This document shows positions 49,130 to 63,422 of a stretch of 64,000 bases of DNA, in pieces. Origin of the DNA: Nymphaea colorata (Eukaryota); contig NC_045138.2 of assembly GCF_008831285.2 (NCBI RefSeq), positions 13,330,001 through 13,394,000 of the forward strand, written 5' to 3'. Both the position numbers and the translations under genes were made by a program. The notes under the pieces are model-generated. The model saw only the letters and a program-made list of their open reading frames with translations, searched no databases and was not told where the DNA came from. Every line of letters starts with the position of its first letter. Position 1 is the first letter of the stretch.

Positions 49130-52100
49130 ATGAGGAAGATTGTGAGGAATGAGGAAGGATTCTCCTCCACCTTTCTCTTTTTTCTTCTTTCTCTTTTTTT
49201 CTTCTTTCCCTCCCGCTGATGGAGGAGTAGGTTTCTCTTTTCCTCTCGCTGGCTGACGGATGAGTATGAGAAATAGAGATGAGACACAAATTCTTTTTTA
49301 TTCATCGGCTGCTTGTTTTTGGGTGACCACCTTCCGAAAAAGGCTCGAAGGCCTCCCCATTCTCCCTGCCTCCGGGGTCCTGACATCGGCTGCTTGTTTA
49401 AATAACACTTTCTAAAACTCAATTTTTTGAAAAACTTAATTTAATAAAAACAATTTTTTTAAGTAGTTTTAAAAATTAATTTGTATCAATGGTCGAGTCA
49501 AAAAAATTTGTTGAAGGGGCATACGTTTAAAAACGTTTATATTTGGTGGGGCACTTATATATATACAATTAAATATTAAATTGTTTAATGTAAAAATAAA
49601 CTAATAAAATTAAATATTAAATTGCTTAATGTGAAAATAAACTAATTTTAAAGAGCTAGAGTGAGCAACTGCCCACCCTAGGCCACATGTGGCTACGCCA
49701 CTGGTTTGTGTGTTTGGGTAAGAAATTGGCACATGATTTTGTAAGCAAAACCACATTTTACCTCAAAAACTTTGTCTTTCAAATGTTCTCTTATAAAAAA
49801 AAAAAAAAAAAAAAGATTCAATCCAAGGGTGGACCAGATTCACCATCTAAAGAGAAGAATAAAATATGAAAACCAAAAGAATAAGATTTATAGAAAACAA
49901 ATTTACCTTTGAACAATAGGAAAAATACTGTAAAATGAAAACGAAAATGCCCCAGCCTCACCGAATGGAAGGGAAGATCTTAGTATAAAAGTTTGTTTTG
50001 AGGAGAAGAAAATGAAAGGACATGAAGGAAATGAAATGGTTTAGCTTGGTTTCCCCTTTCTCTCCCTTGCTCTCATCTTTCTTTCTTTACAATATGGTAG
50101 CTGAAGTTGAATAATAAATTGTGCAGTCATAATCGAAACAACAATTTGTTTTATCTCTATCAATCTCTACAGCAGTGGACCAACATCAGTTTCTGACTCA
50201 AATCTATATTACGGGGCTGCTCCATCCAAGTTCAACATGTAAAGTTAAGGTTTTGAAATTCGGAGAGCCCACCTACCATCTGCCATCAAGGGAGGGGACT
50301 AACTAAATGAATGAGAATGAGAGGGATTAAGCACAATGAGATCCAAATCATTCCTTCTTAACCAAACACGCTTTTCCATTTTCTTTTCTCCATCCAAGCA
50401 CCCTCTCTTCTCTTGTAAATGTTGAGCACTCATTATTTTTCAAAGTTGGGTGCTGGGTGGTTGTTATTATCTCAAAAATGATATGTTATTTATTTGCCAA
50501 TATTATACATGTTTTTTGTAAAGTATGTTAATTAAATACAATTTTTAGTATTAATTGAAATAATAGAACTACTGTTGTTAAATATTTGTTCACATGTATG
50601 TATAGCCTTCTTAAACGTTTTTTAAATATATATTTGTAAGTATGAAACCGCAAAGATATTATAGTTCATGTTTATTATCAAGCGCCAAGCACAAACGGGA
50701 CAAAACGCAAAAACGATGAGAAGAAGGAAAGAAACGGGCATTCCCCACTTGACTTCTACTGCGTCAACTTCGGTCCTTGTAAGTAAAAACGAAACTAGGA
50801 ACCGGTTTTCTATCGGTCACTTGTGCATCAATGTCGGTCGGTTTAACTCCTATGTTCGAATAAAATATTAATAATAATTTCATTTTTCTTCTTGTTTGTA
50901 AACTACAATTCCCATGGATGGAACGAGGGAAACAACCTGATGAATGTCTACAAACCGAGGTTTTCAACCCTTTTACTATCTGCGCTTTATCATACACATG
51001 TGATGTGACGCCTGCCCTTTTCTTTAATTGGTAAAAGATTATATTGTTAATTTATAAAGAAAATAGCTATTTTCTGGATTTTAGGAAACCAAATATCATG
51101 CAATTATTGGGACATTACAGGGTTCGAGATTGTTGTCTATTTTTCTTTTTTTTTTAAAAAAAAGGAAAATAGTTCATTTTCACTGAAAGCCAACAACTTT
51201 CTGTCAATTAATCAACAAGAAGACAGCATTAAATATATGTACACTGGCAGGCACAGATCGAAATTAAATTTACGAAGGGGGACCATTACATATTATATTC
51301 TATAAGCAAATTAAAGTGGGGCCAGTACTGTTTGTTTGATTATAAATGTCGGAAAATGCCCCAAAAACATACGTTAAAAAAATTCATGACAATAAAAACC
51401 ATACCTATGGTTGAAAGATACTTAAATTTTGCACCATTACTCAAAACAACCATTTGTCCATTAACCTAATTAGGCTTAAGATGGGGTCTAGATGATAAAA
51501 TACGGCCCTTAATGAAGATAAATTGCCAGTTCCTTAGTTTATGTCAACTTTCTTAACTATACCCGATATTATTATTAACTGGGGATTAAAATGATTATGA
51601 TTTTCCAATTAACGGTCTACTTTTACTGATTTAACAATGTCAAATGAATATTGCTGATTAAAGTGGGCTTTTAACAATATGAAAAGCTACATGTGTACAT
51701 TGTTGTTGTTGTTGTTAGTTCTTCAAGTGTGTTTTGAAAATTTTCTTTGCAATTTTAGAAAGAGTCGGTAGGTAGAAATTTTTGATTCTTGTATGTGTAA
51801 CAAGAGTGAGTGTGTAACATGCATAATTGGGATTCGTATGTGTTCGTTGCATAACTAACTAAATAGATGCTATGGAGTTAGAAAGACTCTACAAGTTGAA
51901 GGTCTTCAAACAATGCATTTTAAAATATTTCCGCAAAGCGAAGGGAGGTCCCGACAGTGGGCATCATGTTTAACGGGAGACAGGCAATTAATTTATGCTT
52001 CTAAGAGTTGCCAACTCTTTTTTGTACAACCTAAAGTCACTGACTGGTAAAGTTAAGAAAGTATGGTGAAGTGAAACCCTGCTCACCCCAACCAAAGTAT

Positions 52101-52944
52101 GGCCAAAATTTGATACAGAAGAAATGAAAATGCACACTGCTCTCTATCATTGGATCCCGTTGCTTGCAACTGGATGCTGCGTGCATTGCAACTTCTCTTC
52201 TTCTTCTGAGTTGTTCAGTTTTGGCGTTTTATATATTATATTGTGCAACAACAATTATTTGAACGCATACTTATCCAATGGAGTTTTTCGGGTCCCTACC
52301 TTATAGCCCCTGTGACAAAACAGTCTTTTCTGCTTGCTTACCTTTTCTCGCGATTTTTTACAAACATGGTGGTGGTGGAGGTTAGAAGCCATCTTCGAAA
52401 ATTGTCGCGAATAAATAAAAGTTCTATAAACTTAAAACAATCTATGGATACCATTCTTTTTTCTTTAGGAGCTAAACCTTCATAGTTTGACATTGCGTTT
52501 ATACGTTTGTTATGCCAGATGCAACATAAACTTTCTACAAGAATAGAATAGGCAGATGTTTTCTTGTAGAAATAAGGCGCACTTCTTACAATGGAGCAAT
52601 TTTGGTAATTGTTAATCATAATAACAATCTTCTTCAAGTGAAAGAGAAAGATCGATGAGATCAGAAGTAAGAATTTTGCAATAAAATCCGCGGCAATTTG
52701 GAAAACGGACCAATAAAACCCACTGCAACGGGAGGGATGCGGGACCCCTCTCTCTCTCTCTCTCCCTCTCTCTGTCACCATCGTCATCGCCAGCATTAAG
52801 CATAGTCTAGTCATTGCTGCTCCTTCTCTCTCTCTCTCCAACCAAATCTCACTCTCTCGTTAAATCAAGTACTCAGATCCACCAGCCATGCCTCTCTGAA
52901 ACCTTGCCGCAGTTGTTCCCTGTCCCCGATACAGGCAGAGAGAG

Positions 52945-55900
52945 ATGGCATCGTCGTTTCCTCCCAAGCGTGCCCGGCCCGGTCCCTGGCCTCCGACCAG
53001 CCACAACGATGCCAGTGCCACCACCACCACCAAAGGCGCAATGGCCCCCTCCTGGGCCAAGCAGTCCGGCTTCAAGGTCCGCTTCTCCGGAGAGCCCGCG
53101 GCTGGCACCCGCGATTCCGGTCAAGCTGTTGTTCTCCCATCCCAGGAGCACGTGGTGCAGACTGATTTGGAGTCCGGCCGTCCTCGCTCAACCCCTTCCT
53201 CTGCCACCGCCGTCGCCAATGGCGTCCCTGAACTGGAGAAAATGCAGCCCGCCAGCGCCCGGTCAGCGGGTACCAAAAGGCGGGATTCCGACGTCACCGC
53301 TCCCAGGAGCGCCCGCGTGGACCCCTTGCCCCGTCCACCTGGCCGCCAGGACGAGCACGAGCCCTCCCCGCGCATGCGGGGCGATGATCGATCCTCTCCC
53401 CGCAGCTCGTACGTGAAGTACGAGCTCAGGGACTCTCCAGGACTCGGTAAGATCGCTGCGGCCGCTTCCCATTCTCCCCAACTCGCCAGTTCGCATTGAG
53501 AAACCTACAGCTTTTACTTCGATTTTCTGATTCTATCCTATCCCCAGTACCCGTTGTGCTCTATGGAATACAGCATTACGTTTCCATGGTGGGTTCATTG
53601 ATTCTGACACCTCTCATCATCGTACCGGCAATGGGAGGCAACAATGTGAGTTCCTTTTTGTGAATTATTGGATCATCTAATATAACTTCTGCTCTTGACG
53701 CGTCAAAGGATCCGATTGATGTTGCACTTCATTGTTGACAGGATGATACTGCAACCGTGGTTTCAACCGTGCTGTTGTTGTCCGGAATAACGACGCTCCT
53801 GCACACTCATTTCGGATCGAGGTTGCCGTTGATACAGGGCCCATCATTTGTGTACCTTGCTCCCGCGCTCACGATAATCAACTCAGATGATTTTCACGGG
53901 CAAAACGGAGCTGTAGGTTCTACAGTTCCCTTGTACATATCGTATCCGCTTCTCTAAACTTTTCTTTGTTCGCCATTCCATTTCTCTTATGAGGTGCAAT
54001 AACTGGAGACGCCTCTTGCAATTAATTTATTTTTTCTTGTTTCAAACTTTCTATCTTAATGAAGGAACAGGATCTTCTCTATGTGCAAGAATACTGGAAC
54101 TTCATATTACTTTGCCATTTGAGAATCTTGAATCGTTGTCTTCTTCTTTCTTCTTGTTCTTATTTACCAAGTGGGTACAATACCGAATAACCAAATATTT
54201 AGGCATAATTTCGTTGCTAGAAATAAACCTAGCATGTAAACTCATTTTTTCTGGCTTTAAGGAGGAGTTACTTACAAAAGAATTTGAAATTACTGTTGCC
54301 CGTTCGTAACCGTACGGTGCCTGCTTTATCTTTGAAATGTCTCCAAGGTGCTGAAGACTCGTATATTGTGTGTTGATTTTCTAGATAAAAGGAATCTATA
54401 TTGGATATGATTTCTTTTTTTCTTTCTCCACCAAATTAATCACTCGCCTTTGTGTCAAATGATTGTGTAATCCGAGACAGCTTTAGAAACTGGGATAAAG
54501 GCTGGTCGTGGAAGCTCCCGCATAGAGTTGTTGCTTGTTGGTCGCCTCATTCTGGATACTCTTGGACCAGCTACTGATAATCACCTTCGTAATCTATTAC
54601 CTCACCAATTAGCCCGAGCCCTTCGTCGGTCAGATTCCTCCTTTTCCTCCTCAGCTCCATGGTTTAACAGCATTTGGTTCTAGCTTTTGTCGACAAACCT
54701 CTCTAAGAAACTTGGCAAAATAGCCCCATAACTTTGGAAGAAGAGGTGCCTCCTCATAAAAGGGGCAGCAGCAGCGACCAGGTCTGGGCTCTATGGCAGA
54801 TGGAATATGTCTCCTTATGTTTATCAGCTTGTTGACGAATTGGTCCCTAAAAGGCGAATGTTAGCTTGGAAAAATATGAGGAGAAACAATGACTTTGCAT
54901 TCTCCAAAATTATGAAGAATTTGATCGGTGATTTTCCAATATCGTAAACCTACATTTGCAATGGGATAATTCAAGAGTCAGTTCCTGTAGAATCATATAT
55001 ATGGATCATATCCTTACGGTTAATTTTGCAGAACAAGCGAAAATTGGCTAAAAACTTCATTGTGCACACACACACACCCCAAATGACCTCTCTCTTGCTA
55101 TACACACACACACACACACACAGAGTTGAAGGTTCTTCTTGTTTTTGTTGCTTCATGATTCTTACCGGATCTCTAATGCTGTATTCTACATTCTGCATTG
55201 TCTGCCTAGTGGTTGTATAAAATGAATCTTTAGCTGTATACTTTGTGCAGAGCTTCAAGCATATCATGAAGGCACTGCAGGGAGCTATATTAATCTCTTC
55301 TGCATTTCAAATGGTACTTGGATATAGTGGCTTAATGGCAATTCTTTTGAGGTGAGCTTCTCTACATGCTGGAAATTCAGTAAAAATACATGTTCTTTGT
55401 TACAATTAATGTAAGCATGCAATTGACACTCTTATTGGTTATACATGGTGTTCTTGGTTTGCTGTAAATATGTGAACATTAACCCTATATTAAAAGGATG
55501 ATGTTCTTGCTTTTGTGAATAAATATGCAACTAATGAATTTGTCTTTCATTAAAGATATTATATGCTTTTCTTGTGCAAGTCCCTTGTCTGTTTATATGA
55601 AATAATTGCGTCGGCTATGCCCTTGCATCTCCAAAATAAAAATTCTGTAAATATATCTATGTATATATAATTCATGATTGCACGGACCGCAATTTTATGC
55701 TTGTGTCTGTTTAATTGCATCACTTCCTGTAGGCAACTCTCTCCTGTTTTGGACATTTTATGCCCTTGCTATCATGCCTTGTTAAGTTGAAACCTACTTA
55801 CTTCTTCATAACCAATTGTGGAGACATAATATATCCAAGTATCAAGAGATTGCTTTTTATCTTGTGTCTGCTGTATCACAAGTTGATAAGGATTACTCTT

Positions 55901-58145
55901 AAATGTGGTTCAGGGTTTGGCTTACCAAATTCTATAATTTTGAGTGCACAAAATTTATCGGAGAAGCTTCTCACAACAGCTGCATTTGAACTGTTAACGT
56001 CCATGAGCCAGATCAGTTTACAACAAATAAAAACTAGGTTTTAGCTGATAAAAAGGACAAAAGGTGGAACATGAAGTACCTCGTGCATTGTCAAATTTTG
56101 AGAACTTTCTAAGAAATTACACTAACTTGAGAAAGGGGATGATTTGATTTGGCTGCATTTGTCAGTTGTGTCTTCATGCCAAATGGTCTTAGCGATTTGA
56201 CTCTCTTTCAATTCTGCTGTATGTAGGTTGATCAGTCCGGTTGTTGTAACAGCAACTGTGACTGCTGTTGGCCTCTCCTTTTATAGTTATGGCTTCACTG
56301 AAGTTGGTAGCTGTGTGGAGATTGGTTTGCCTCAGATATTATTAGTGATCATATTCGCTCTTGTAAGTTGCAGCCTTTTACTTCCAATTTTTTTTCTCGT
56401 TGATGATGCTTTTACATAATGGCTATTTACTTTTATCTTTTTGATACTGGTAGGCATCTATAGTCATCTCAACATAGGCTGCAGTTCTATGCAGTGATAT
56501 GTGCTATTTTCCCTTTTTCTTTTGCAGTATCTCCGCAAGGTGTCCGTTTTTGGCCATCGGATATTTACAATATATGCAGTAAGTAAATACTCTTCATTGA
56601 GATCATCACCTCTTACCCTATCTGTGCTTTAAGAATATTGTATGGTTCAGATACATGGCAATTTGTCAAGCAATAATTAGTGGATGTTAACCATTTTTTT
56701 GTTTGGCTATTTTGCAGGTTCCCTTGGGCCTAGTAATCACATGGGCATATGCTTTCCTCCTTACAGAAGCTGGAATTTACAGCTACAAGGGTTGCAACTT
56801 AAACATTCCTGAATCAAATATAGTATCAGAGGCTTGCAGAAAGCATGTACCAAAGATGAAGAGCTGTCGTGTTGACACTTCACATGCACTAAAAGCTTCC
56901 CCATGGTTTCGATTTCCATATCCATTTCAATGGGGTACTCCTGTCTTTCATTGGAAGATGGCTCTTGTGATGTGTGCGGTATCAATAATTGCATCAGTTG
57001 ATTCAGTAGGTTTCCTATTTTTGGATCAGGGGATAAAACTCCACTTTTTCCTCTTATTTTTCTTGCATGAACTTGTCTCTGTGTACTGCTTTCAGCTTCC
57101 GTGCTTAGTGACAGGCTGACAGCTTCATTTTTTCCTCTCATATATGCTGAATGAGTTTGGGTTTCCCACAGGTTGGATCATATCATGCATCATCGTTGCT
57201 TGTGGCGTCAAAACCTCCAAGTCCAGGTATTCTAAGTCGCGGTATTGGTCTAGAAGGGTTGTCAAGTGTCTTGGCTAGCCTGTGGGGCACTGGAACTGGG
57301 TCAAGTACACTAACTGAAAATATACACACTATAGCTGTCACTAGAATGGGCAGTCGCAGATCAGTGGAACTGGGAGCATGCATTTTGATTATACTGTCTA
57401 TGATTGGTAACTACTCACTTGTCTCCTAGATGTTTTCTCTAACTCGTAAAGTGGCTGAGAAATGGCCCATATTATTGCTTTTCTGACAGACAGATTTACC
57501 TGTTGCCTGGCAGGTAAAATTGGAGGATTCATCGCTTCAATTCCTCTAGTCATTGTTGCTGCCCTCACTTGCTTTATGTGGGCCATGCTTGCAGCCTTAG
57601 GGCTTTCAAGTTTACGATATAGTGATGCCAGAAGCTCTAGAAATATTGTCATTGTTGGGCTCTCACTGGTCTTATCTTTATCAATACCAGCTTATTTTCA
57701 GCAGTATGGGAGGCTGCCAAGTGCTAATCATTCTGTACCCGGCTATTTTCTTCCATATACGGTGGCGTCTCATGGACCATTTCGCACCAAACATGATGGA
57801 GTATATTTTCTTACCTTTTGCCTATTTATGTGTTGATTGCTTTATCGAGATCCAATGCCCAGTGGTCACAAGTCATTAGATGTTCAAGTCGCATTCTTGA
57901 GCACTGTTTGGTGTCTTATGCAGGTGAACTATGTGCTGAACACACTGCTCTCATTCCACATGGTGATTGCATTTTTAATAAGTGTCGTTCTAGACAATAC
58001 TGTCCCTGGCAGCTCCCATGAACGTGGTGTGTATGTGTGGACTCGAGCAACAGCTGCAAGGCAGGAAAGAGATGTTGCCAAAGATTATGAGTTGCCTTAC
58101 AGATGTGGTGGGGTTTTCGGATGGGTAAAATGGGTCGGCTTATGA
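52945..58145 (+). CDS. NAT12: Nucleobase-ascorbate transporter (NAT/NCS2), NAT12-like, ~696 aa
   Basis: Exons 52945-53446, 53548-53645, 53742-53912, 55251-55351, 56227-56362, 56528-56578, 56718-57005, 57172-57406, 57514-57800 and 57924-58145 total 2091 nt in frame. Long hydrophilic N-terminus (MAPSWAKQSGFKVRFSGE...KYELRDSPGL), TM1 QH motif (GIQHY), clade signature ENIHTIAVTRMGSRR, and LDNTVPGS. Confidence 0.92.
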
Positions 58146-60716
58146 GGTGAGTTGAGTAAATTTTTTATACCGCACCCAAAACCTCATACATTTGGAACTT
58201 TATGGTGGTTCAAGTTGGTTGCGGCAGGGGTCGTTTGATTTGAGATTCCAGACCGTGTACCGCTGGGGTTGGAAGTCTTGCACACTTTTATGTTATTTTG
58301 GATGGTCCTCTCTGAAAGAAGATCACCGTATATGTCCTGTAGCATTGTGCTTGGGTAACTATGGATGAGCGGTTGAAATGAGGTTTCTGATCATTATTTA
58401 TGGGAGCCCAAATGAGCTGAAGTTATGGTGGAAGGGGTTCATAGAAAATAAAAGGAAAGGAATTGGTGGGTGTAACATATTTGTATGAATACGAGGAAAA
58501 GAAGAGCAAGCAACGTAATTAATGTAGTTTTAGGGGATTTTGGGCTACATTCTTGGAATTAATTGGTTTTATGTAAAGGATAAAAGTTCGTGGGCAGAGT
58601 GAGTGTCTTTTAAACTGGAAGGAACTGGTTTAGCATCAAATAAAAAAGTGGCATTCTTCCTGCAGCATTTTCTTGATCTTGTAAATGCCTATGTTGTTTT
58701 GCATAGATCAAGTACCTTCTCCAGCTCCCCATGGCGCCATGCCATCTGGGAGGCTTCTCGGATGGGAGGTCTTGAAATTTCAGTGCGTTTTATTGTTGGT
58801 TTCCGAACTGGATTGCGACTGTTTGGAAGCCTTCTGTCTACATGGTTTTTGATATTTACTTTTTTGGCAAAGACGTAGCCAAATGTTGACTGGTTTAAGG
58901 GTGGGGCTCATCTCCCTGCGAAGCGAGTCGCAGTCGCCCCGCGTCTCCCTAGTCAAAAACTAAAAAACACGGCGAGTTTCTGGCCGGGCAAGACAGCAGA
59001 CCCCGTTGATCATGGTTTTCATGTAACAATAAAGTTGAGAGTGGCGTTCCAATTCCATTGAAATGTACCTCACCGCCTCGAATCCGACGAAGTAACGATG
59101 GGTCGAAGATGTAAAAGAAATCTTGAGCTCTCGTACCCGACTATTCTATTTGTCAAACCTAGATGTGGATTCGCGGGGCTCATAGATGAGCATCGGCATG
59201 ATTAATCTAATGGACCGGCTTACAACCTGCCGCATTAAAAATAATTTCGTTTCTATATGGTACCGACCCCGGTATCAATCTATTTCCTTCAAATTAAAGG
59301 TGCTGGAGCTGGGTCTATGTGCTCTCTTTATCTTTGACTAGAAACCCCTAAGAACTTGCTAACTCATATTTCCGAGTCACCCTGTGCTTTTCGTTCCCAG
59401 CTGCCTGGAATCAACCCAAAAATCATGTCTCTAAGTAGAACCTGATTTCATCGATCCCAAGAAGGTTCATTTTTTAACGAACTCGATGTATAAATCGAAA
59501 AAGGACTTATTCTGCATAGCGGATATTATGTTTTGGGGCATGGAGAGAGGAATTTACAAGGAGGAGGAAAGGGCATGAGGGTATAGATAATTCCAACTCC
59601 CCGAGCAGAGGAAACCTAGTTTTGGGGAGACAGAAGCCGTTTCTGGCAATCTGGGATGAGTTTCTTGAAGTGGATTTGAGTTTTTGATGGCGATCAGCAG
59701 CAACCACTATGAGCTCAGGAAGAGATGAGTTTGTTGCCAATCCGAAGCGCAGCGGTCTATGTTGACTTGGGGGGGGGGAGGGGAAGAAGAGAGAGGAAGT
59801 GGGTTGGTTGTTGTAGGTGGTGATCGCCCGCACACGCACACAAACGTTTTCAGGTTTTCTTTCTTCCTTCCTTCCTTCCTTCTAAGTCAATTTGTACAGA
59901 CATGGGATGGGTAGGTGCACAACTTTGACACTGTCCTCCCCCTCCTACCTCTCTCTCTCTCCTCCTTGCTAGTCTGTTACCGAATTGCCCTCGAGGACAT
60001 TAACCATAAGCAAATTTTGTTTTAAATTTTTTGCTGGGAGAGCCTTGTTAATATATCTCTATCTATCTATCTATCAAGGAAGCATCTGTAAGTGATTGCT
60101 TCAACGATCGGTCAGGTGAATGGAAAGCATTGACAGAGGGTTGATTTATGTGATGGAGAAGAGGATTAGCCGTTTATTATCATTGACAGACAGACAGGTG
60201 GGGAAAATGATTTCTTTCTGCTGCAATAACAACTATTGGTTAAGAGAATGGAAAGCATTCCAAAACGTTGTCTTTTGGTTGTTCCAGAGAATGGCACATC
60301 GATGAGGATCTTATTAGCAAGCGTTTGTGTTGCTAAAACAAACAGAGAGTCGATTAAGTTTTCTGGAGAAAATCTCGTCTCGTCGGTCAGAAAAGTGCCA
60401 AAGAGCCTGACGTGACGTGGGAGGGGAGGGGAGGGGAGGGGAGGGGAGGGGAAGGGAGGTGGAAGAAGAAATGCTCTGCCACAACTACCGGAGACGCCAA
60501 CATCTTTGACCTCAGCAAAAAATCAATCGTCCTTGTACAGAAACGTAATTCCGCGTGGGAGTTGGCAGCTATAACATCTCCTACCAAACCCCACCCTCTC
60601 CCCTCAGCTTGGCACCACCATTGCCATCCCAGCTTCCCTTCTCCCCCTCCTCCTCTCTGTCTCCAGGGGAAGCGCCACACAAAACAAAACACAAGGAGAA
60701 AGGTCGCGCTAACGCA

Positions 60717-62039
60717 ATGCAGTCGCTCTCCTTCACCAATTCCATATCGCTGGTCGAGCATCACCTCATCTTCTCCAGCGGCCACCACCCGAAGAAGCAG
60801 CCCTACCTCTCCATGCCTGGCCACAGGTGTAAGATCCACTGCGTATACCGGCCGCCGGATCCGACCAGCTTCTCCGGCGGGGCGGGTGGCCCCAGCCGAG
60901 CTGATTGGCAGAGCTCCTGCGCCATCCTCTCCAGCCAGGTGGCCGTATCCCAGCAGCAGGAGACCGAGAAGCCGGAACCGCCGCCGCCCGCACCCCCTTC
61001 GCCGTCCCTCGATCTCACCAAGGTTAACGGCCACGGATCCCTCGACCTCGTCCCCCTCTCCTCCAAGCTTCCCAAGCCGCTCACCATAGCCGATCTGTCG
61101 CCGGCCCCGATGCACGGGTCGGAGCTCCGCGTCGCCTACCAGGGCGTGCCCGGCGCGTACAGCGAGGCGGCCGCTCAGAAAGCATACCCGAACTGCGAGG
61201 CCATCCCCTGCGACCAGTTCGAGGTGGCTTTCCAGGCGGTGGAGCTCTGGCTTGCGGATCGCGCGGTGCTCCCCGTCGAGAATTCCCTAGGGGGCAGCAT
61301 CCACCGGAACTACGACCTGCTCCTGCGGCACCGCCTCCACATCGTGGGCGAGGTGCAGCTTCCCGTCCACCACTGCTTGCTCGCCCTCCCTGGCGTCCGC
61401 AAGGAGTACCTCACCCGCGTCATCAGCCATCCGCAGGCCCTCGCGCAGTGCGAGCTTACCCTCACGAAGCTCGGCCTCAACGTGGCCCGCGAGGCCGTCG
61501 ACGACACGGCCGGGGCGGCCGAGTTCGTCTCCGCCAACGGCCTGAGGGACACGGCGGCCATCGCCAGCTCGCGCGCCGCGGAGCTGTACGGTCTGAACGT
61601 TCTGGCGGACGGCATCCAGGACGACTCGAGTAACGTGACGCGGTTCGTGATGCTGGCGCGTGAGCCCATCGTCCCCCGGACCGACCGCCCCTTCAAGACC
61701 AGCATCGTCTTCGCCGAGGACAAGGGCACGTCCGTGCTCTTCAAGGTGCTCTCCGCCTTCGCCTTCCGCAACATCAGCCTCACCAAGATCGAATCCCGCC
61801 CACACCGCAACCGACCCATCCGCCTCGTGGACGACGCCAACGTCGGCACCGCCAAGCACTTCGAGTACATGTTCTACGTCGACTTCGAGGCGTCCATGGC
61901 GGACGTCCGGGCACAGAACGCTCTCGCCGAGGTCCAGGAGTTCACGTCCTTCCTCAGAGTCCTGGGCAGCTACCCCATGGACATGACCCCTTGGTGCCCC
62001 TCCCGCGACGATCCTCCCAACTCCCGTCACCCCCAATAG
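60717..62039 (+). CDS. ADT: Plastid arogenate dehydratase (intronless, ADT3/ADT6-like), 440 aa
   Basis: The first in-frame ATG is at 60717, followed by a Ser-rich transit-peptide-like N-terminus. Motifs [43 protein letters not shown], and an ACT domain with KTSIVF...LTKIESRP...FLRVLGSYP. Confidence 0.95.
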   Translation: MQSLSFTNSISLVEHHLIFSSGHHPKKQPYLSMPGHRCKIHCVYRPPDPTSFSGGAGGPSRADWQSSCAILSSQVAVSQQQETEKPEPPPPAPPSPSLDLTKVNGHGSLDLVPLSSKLPKPLTIADLSPAPMHGSELRVAYQGVPGAYSEAAAQKAYPNCEAIPCDQFEVAFQAVELWLADRAVLPVENSLGGSIHRNYDLLLRHRLHIVGEVQLPVHHCLLALPGVRKEYLTRVISHPQALAQCELTLTKLGLNVAREAVDDTAGAAEFVSANGLRDTAAIASSRAAELYGLNVLADGIQDDSSNVTRFVMLAREPIVPRTDRPFKTSIVFAEDKGTSVLFKVLSAFAFRNISLTKIESRPHRNRPIRLVDDANVGTAKHFEYMFYVDFEASMADVRAQNALAEVQEFTSFLRVLGSYPMDMTPWCPSRDDPPNSRHPQ

Positions 62040-63322
62040 AGCCCCAGTTACTCGATTCCCTATATATCTGGACGTCCTTCCACCCATCATCAGGTCTTTC
62101 GATCGGCTAATTCATCAGCCCACCGAAGACAATAAACAACACAAAACCAGAGCAATCCGATGATCATGCGGCTGCGTCGATTCTTTAATTGTCCATGTCT
62201 TGCATCAAAATTTGATAATGAACACTATTTATTTGTCACCACTATGTTGTTAAATTACCGCCGTTTCTTTTGTTGGTAGTTTTTCGTTAAAAATGTCACT
62301 GCAACTGTACAACAAATGATCATTGAGGGAATGAAGCTCAAGAAGACGAGGGAGATGGTGGAACTGCGAGGGCCGGACGGGCAATGGTTTAAATCTCTGT
62401 ACTTCTTTTGGGGAAAAGTTTGTTCCTTCTCTGATCTCTCTCTGTTCTTTGTTTTCCTTTGTTTGGGTGAATTTGGGGGAGAGTTGGCGCCGACACCTTT
62501 TCTTCGGCAGCCCTGATCGTCAGCGTTTTGTTCCACAAAAAAGTTACTGTTATGCTCACTACTAGAAGTATGGAATCCAAAAACCGCCAGACAGCAATAT
62601 CGTTATACCAGAAACAAATGGGGAAACGAAACTTCCCTGCTTCATTGATCGAAAATATGCTGGCATATCAGAGATGTAAATGCTTCGCATGGTTCCGTAT
62701 ATCCTTTACCTCTTGGGGCTGAGGATAACTCTAAGCTGCGAAATAATACAGAAATTTAATTTGTTATTGGTGTTTCTCAGATCCTGCAAAATGTTGTTCC
62801 CTTCTTTGAGCAGAAGGGCTTACATTCTTGGCACGTAAACAGTGGGAAAACAGGTGTTACTAATTTTGTCTGGACCATCTAGGAAGCTGCAGGAAGATGA
62901 TAACAGAGCTAAAATAGTCTGACCATGAGAGTGCTGCTTCATTTACTTGCTTGAAAGCTGGCCGGAAAAGATGAGCAAGCGAATGATGGCTGACAATCGT
63001 CTGATACGAGACGAGGGATGCATGACGACAGCCATACAAACCAACAGAAAACTTAGTATTTCGTTCGATAAACTTATACAGAACTGAAGATAATACAGAG
63101 AGTTCATTTGTTCTCTAAACCTGGCATGCTTGAAGTTAAGGCCAAAGCAGCTTGCTGCAGCCTTGGCCCGATGAAGTTTATTGCCAGGCTTAAAGCAGAT
63201 TTATATATGTCTGTAAACTATATCGGACCCAAACAACATGTATTGAATTCATGTTTGGGGTACGATGGCATGGAGGGCGATGAGAGTGGGAGGGGTGATC
63301 TCCTAATGTGTCGAGTACCAAC

Positions 63323-63422
63323 ATCATCAAAATTAAGCAGTGATTAGAAATTATGATTAAAATGATGGTAAGATCATCAAAATTAAGCAGTGATTAGAAA
63401 TTATGATTGAAATGTTGGTAAG
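63323..63422. repeat. Two-copy 50-bp tandem repeat
   Basis: atcatcaaaattaagcagtgattagaaattatgatt(a/g)aaatg(a/t)tggtaag occurs twice, 48/50 identical. Confidence 0.9.

Larger units (their letters stand above)
43590..50717 (+). repeat. Tandem segmental duplicate of ~25233-43535 (LINE remnant, ROS1/DME promoter and gene, downstream spacer), reduced from ~18.3 kb to ~7.1 kb by deletions
   Basis: Collinear matches: 43590 to 25233 (cttttctgcgacttccggg), ~43725 to ~26278, ~43775-45830 to ~27316-29297, 45845-48462 to pieces of 29865-33935, ~48495-48625 to ~41640-41770, and 49397-50717 to 41901-43535. Confidence 0.93.

Noticed and set aside
43590..50717. Duplicate as an uncollapsed haplotype or assembly artefact
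   Set aside because: Numerous structured deletions, templated filler and ~6% or more divergence fit a real paralog better; long reads would confirm.
60387..62090. Antisense and alternative-frame ORFs (242, 225, 267 and 186 aa) and the GTG-started 494-aa version of ADT
   Set aside because: Typical shadows of a high-GC3 gene; ATG 60717 gives the expected ADT length.
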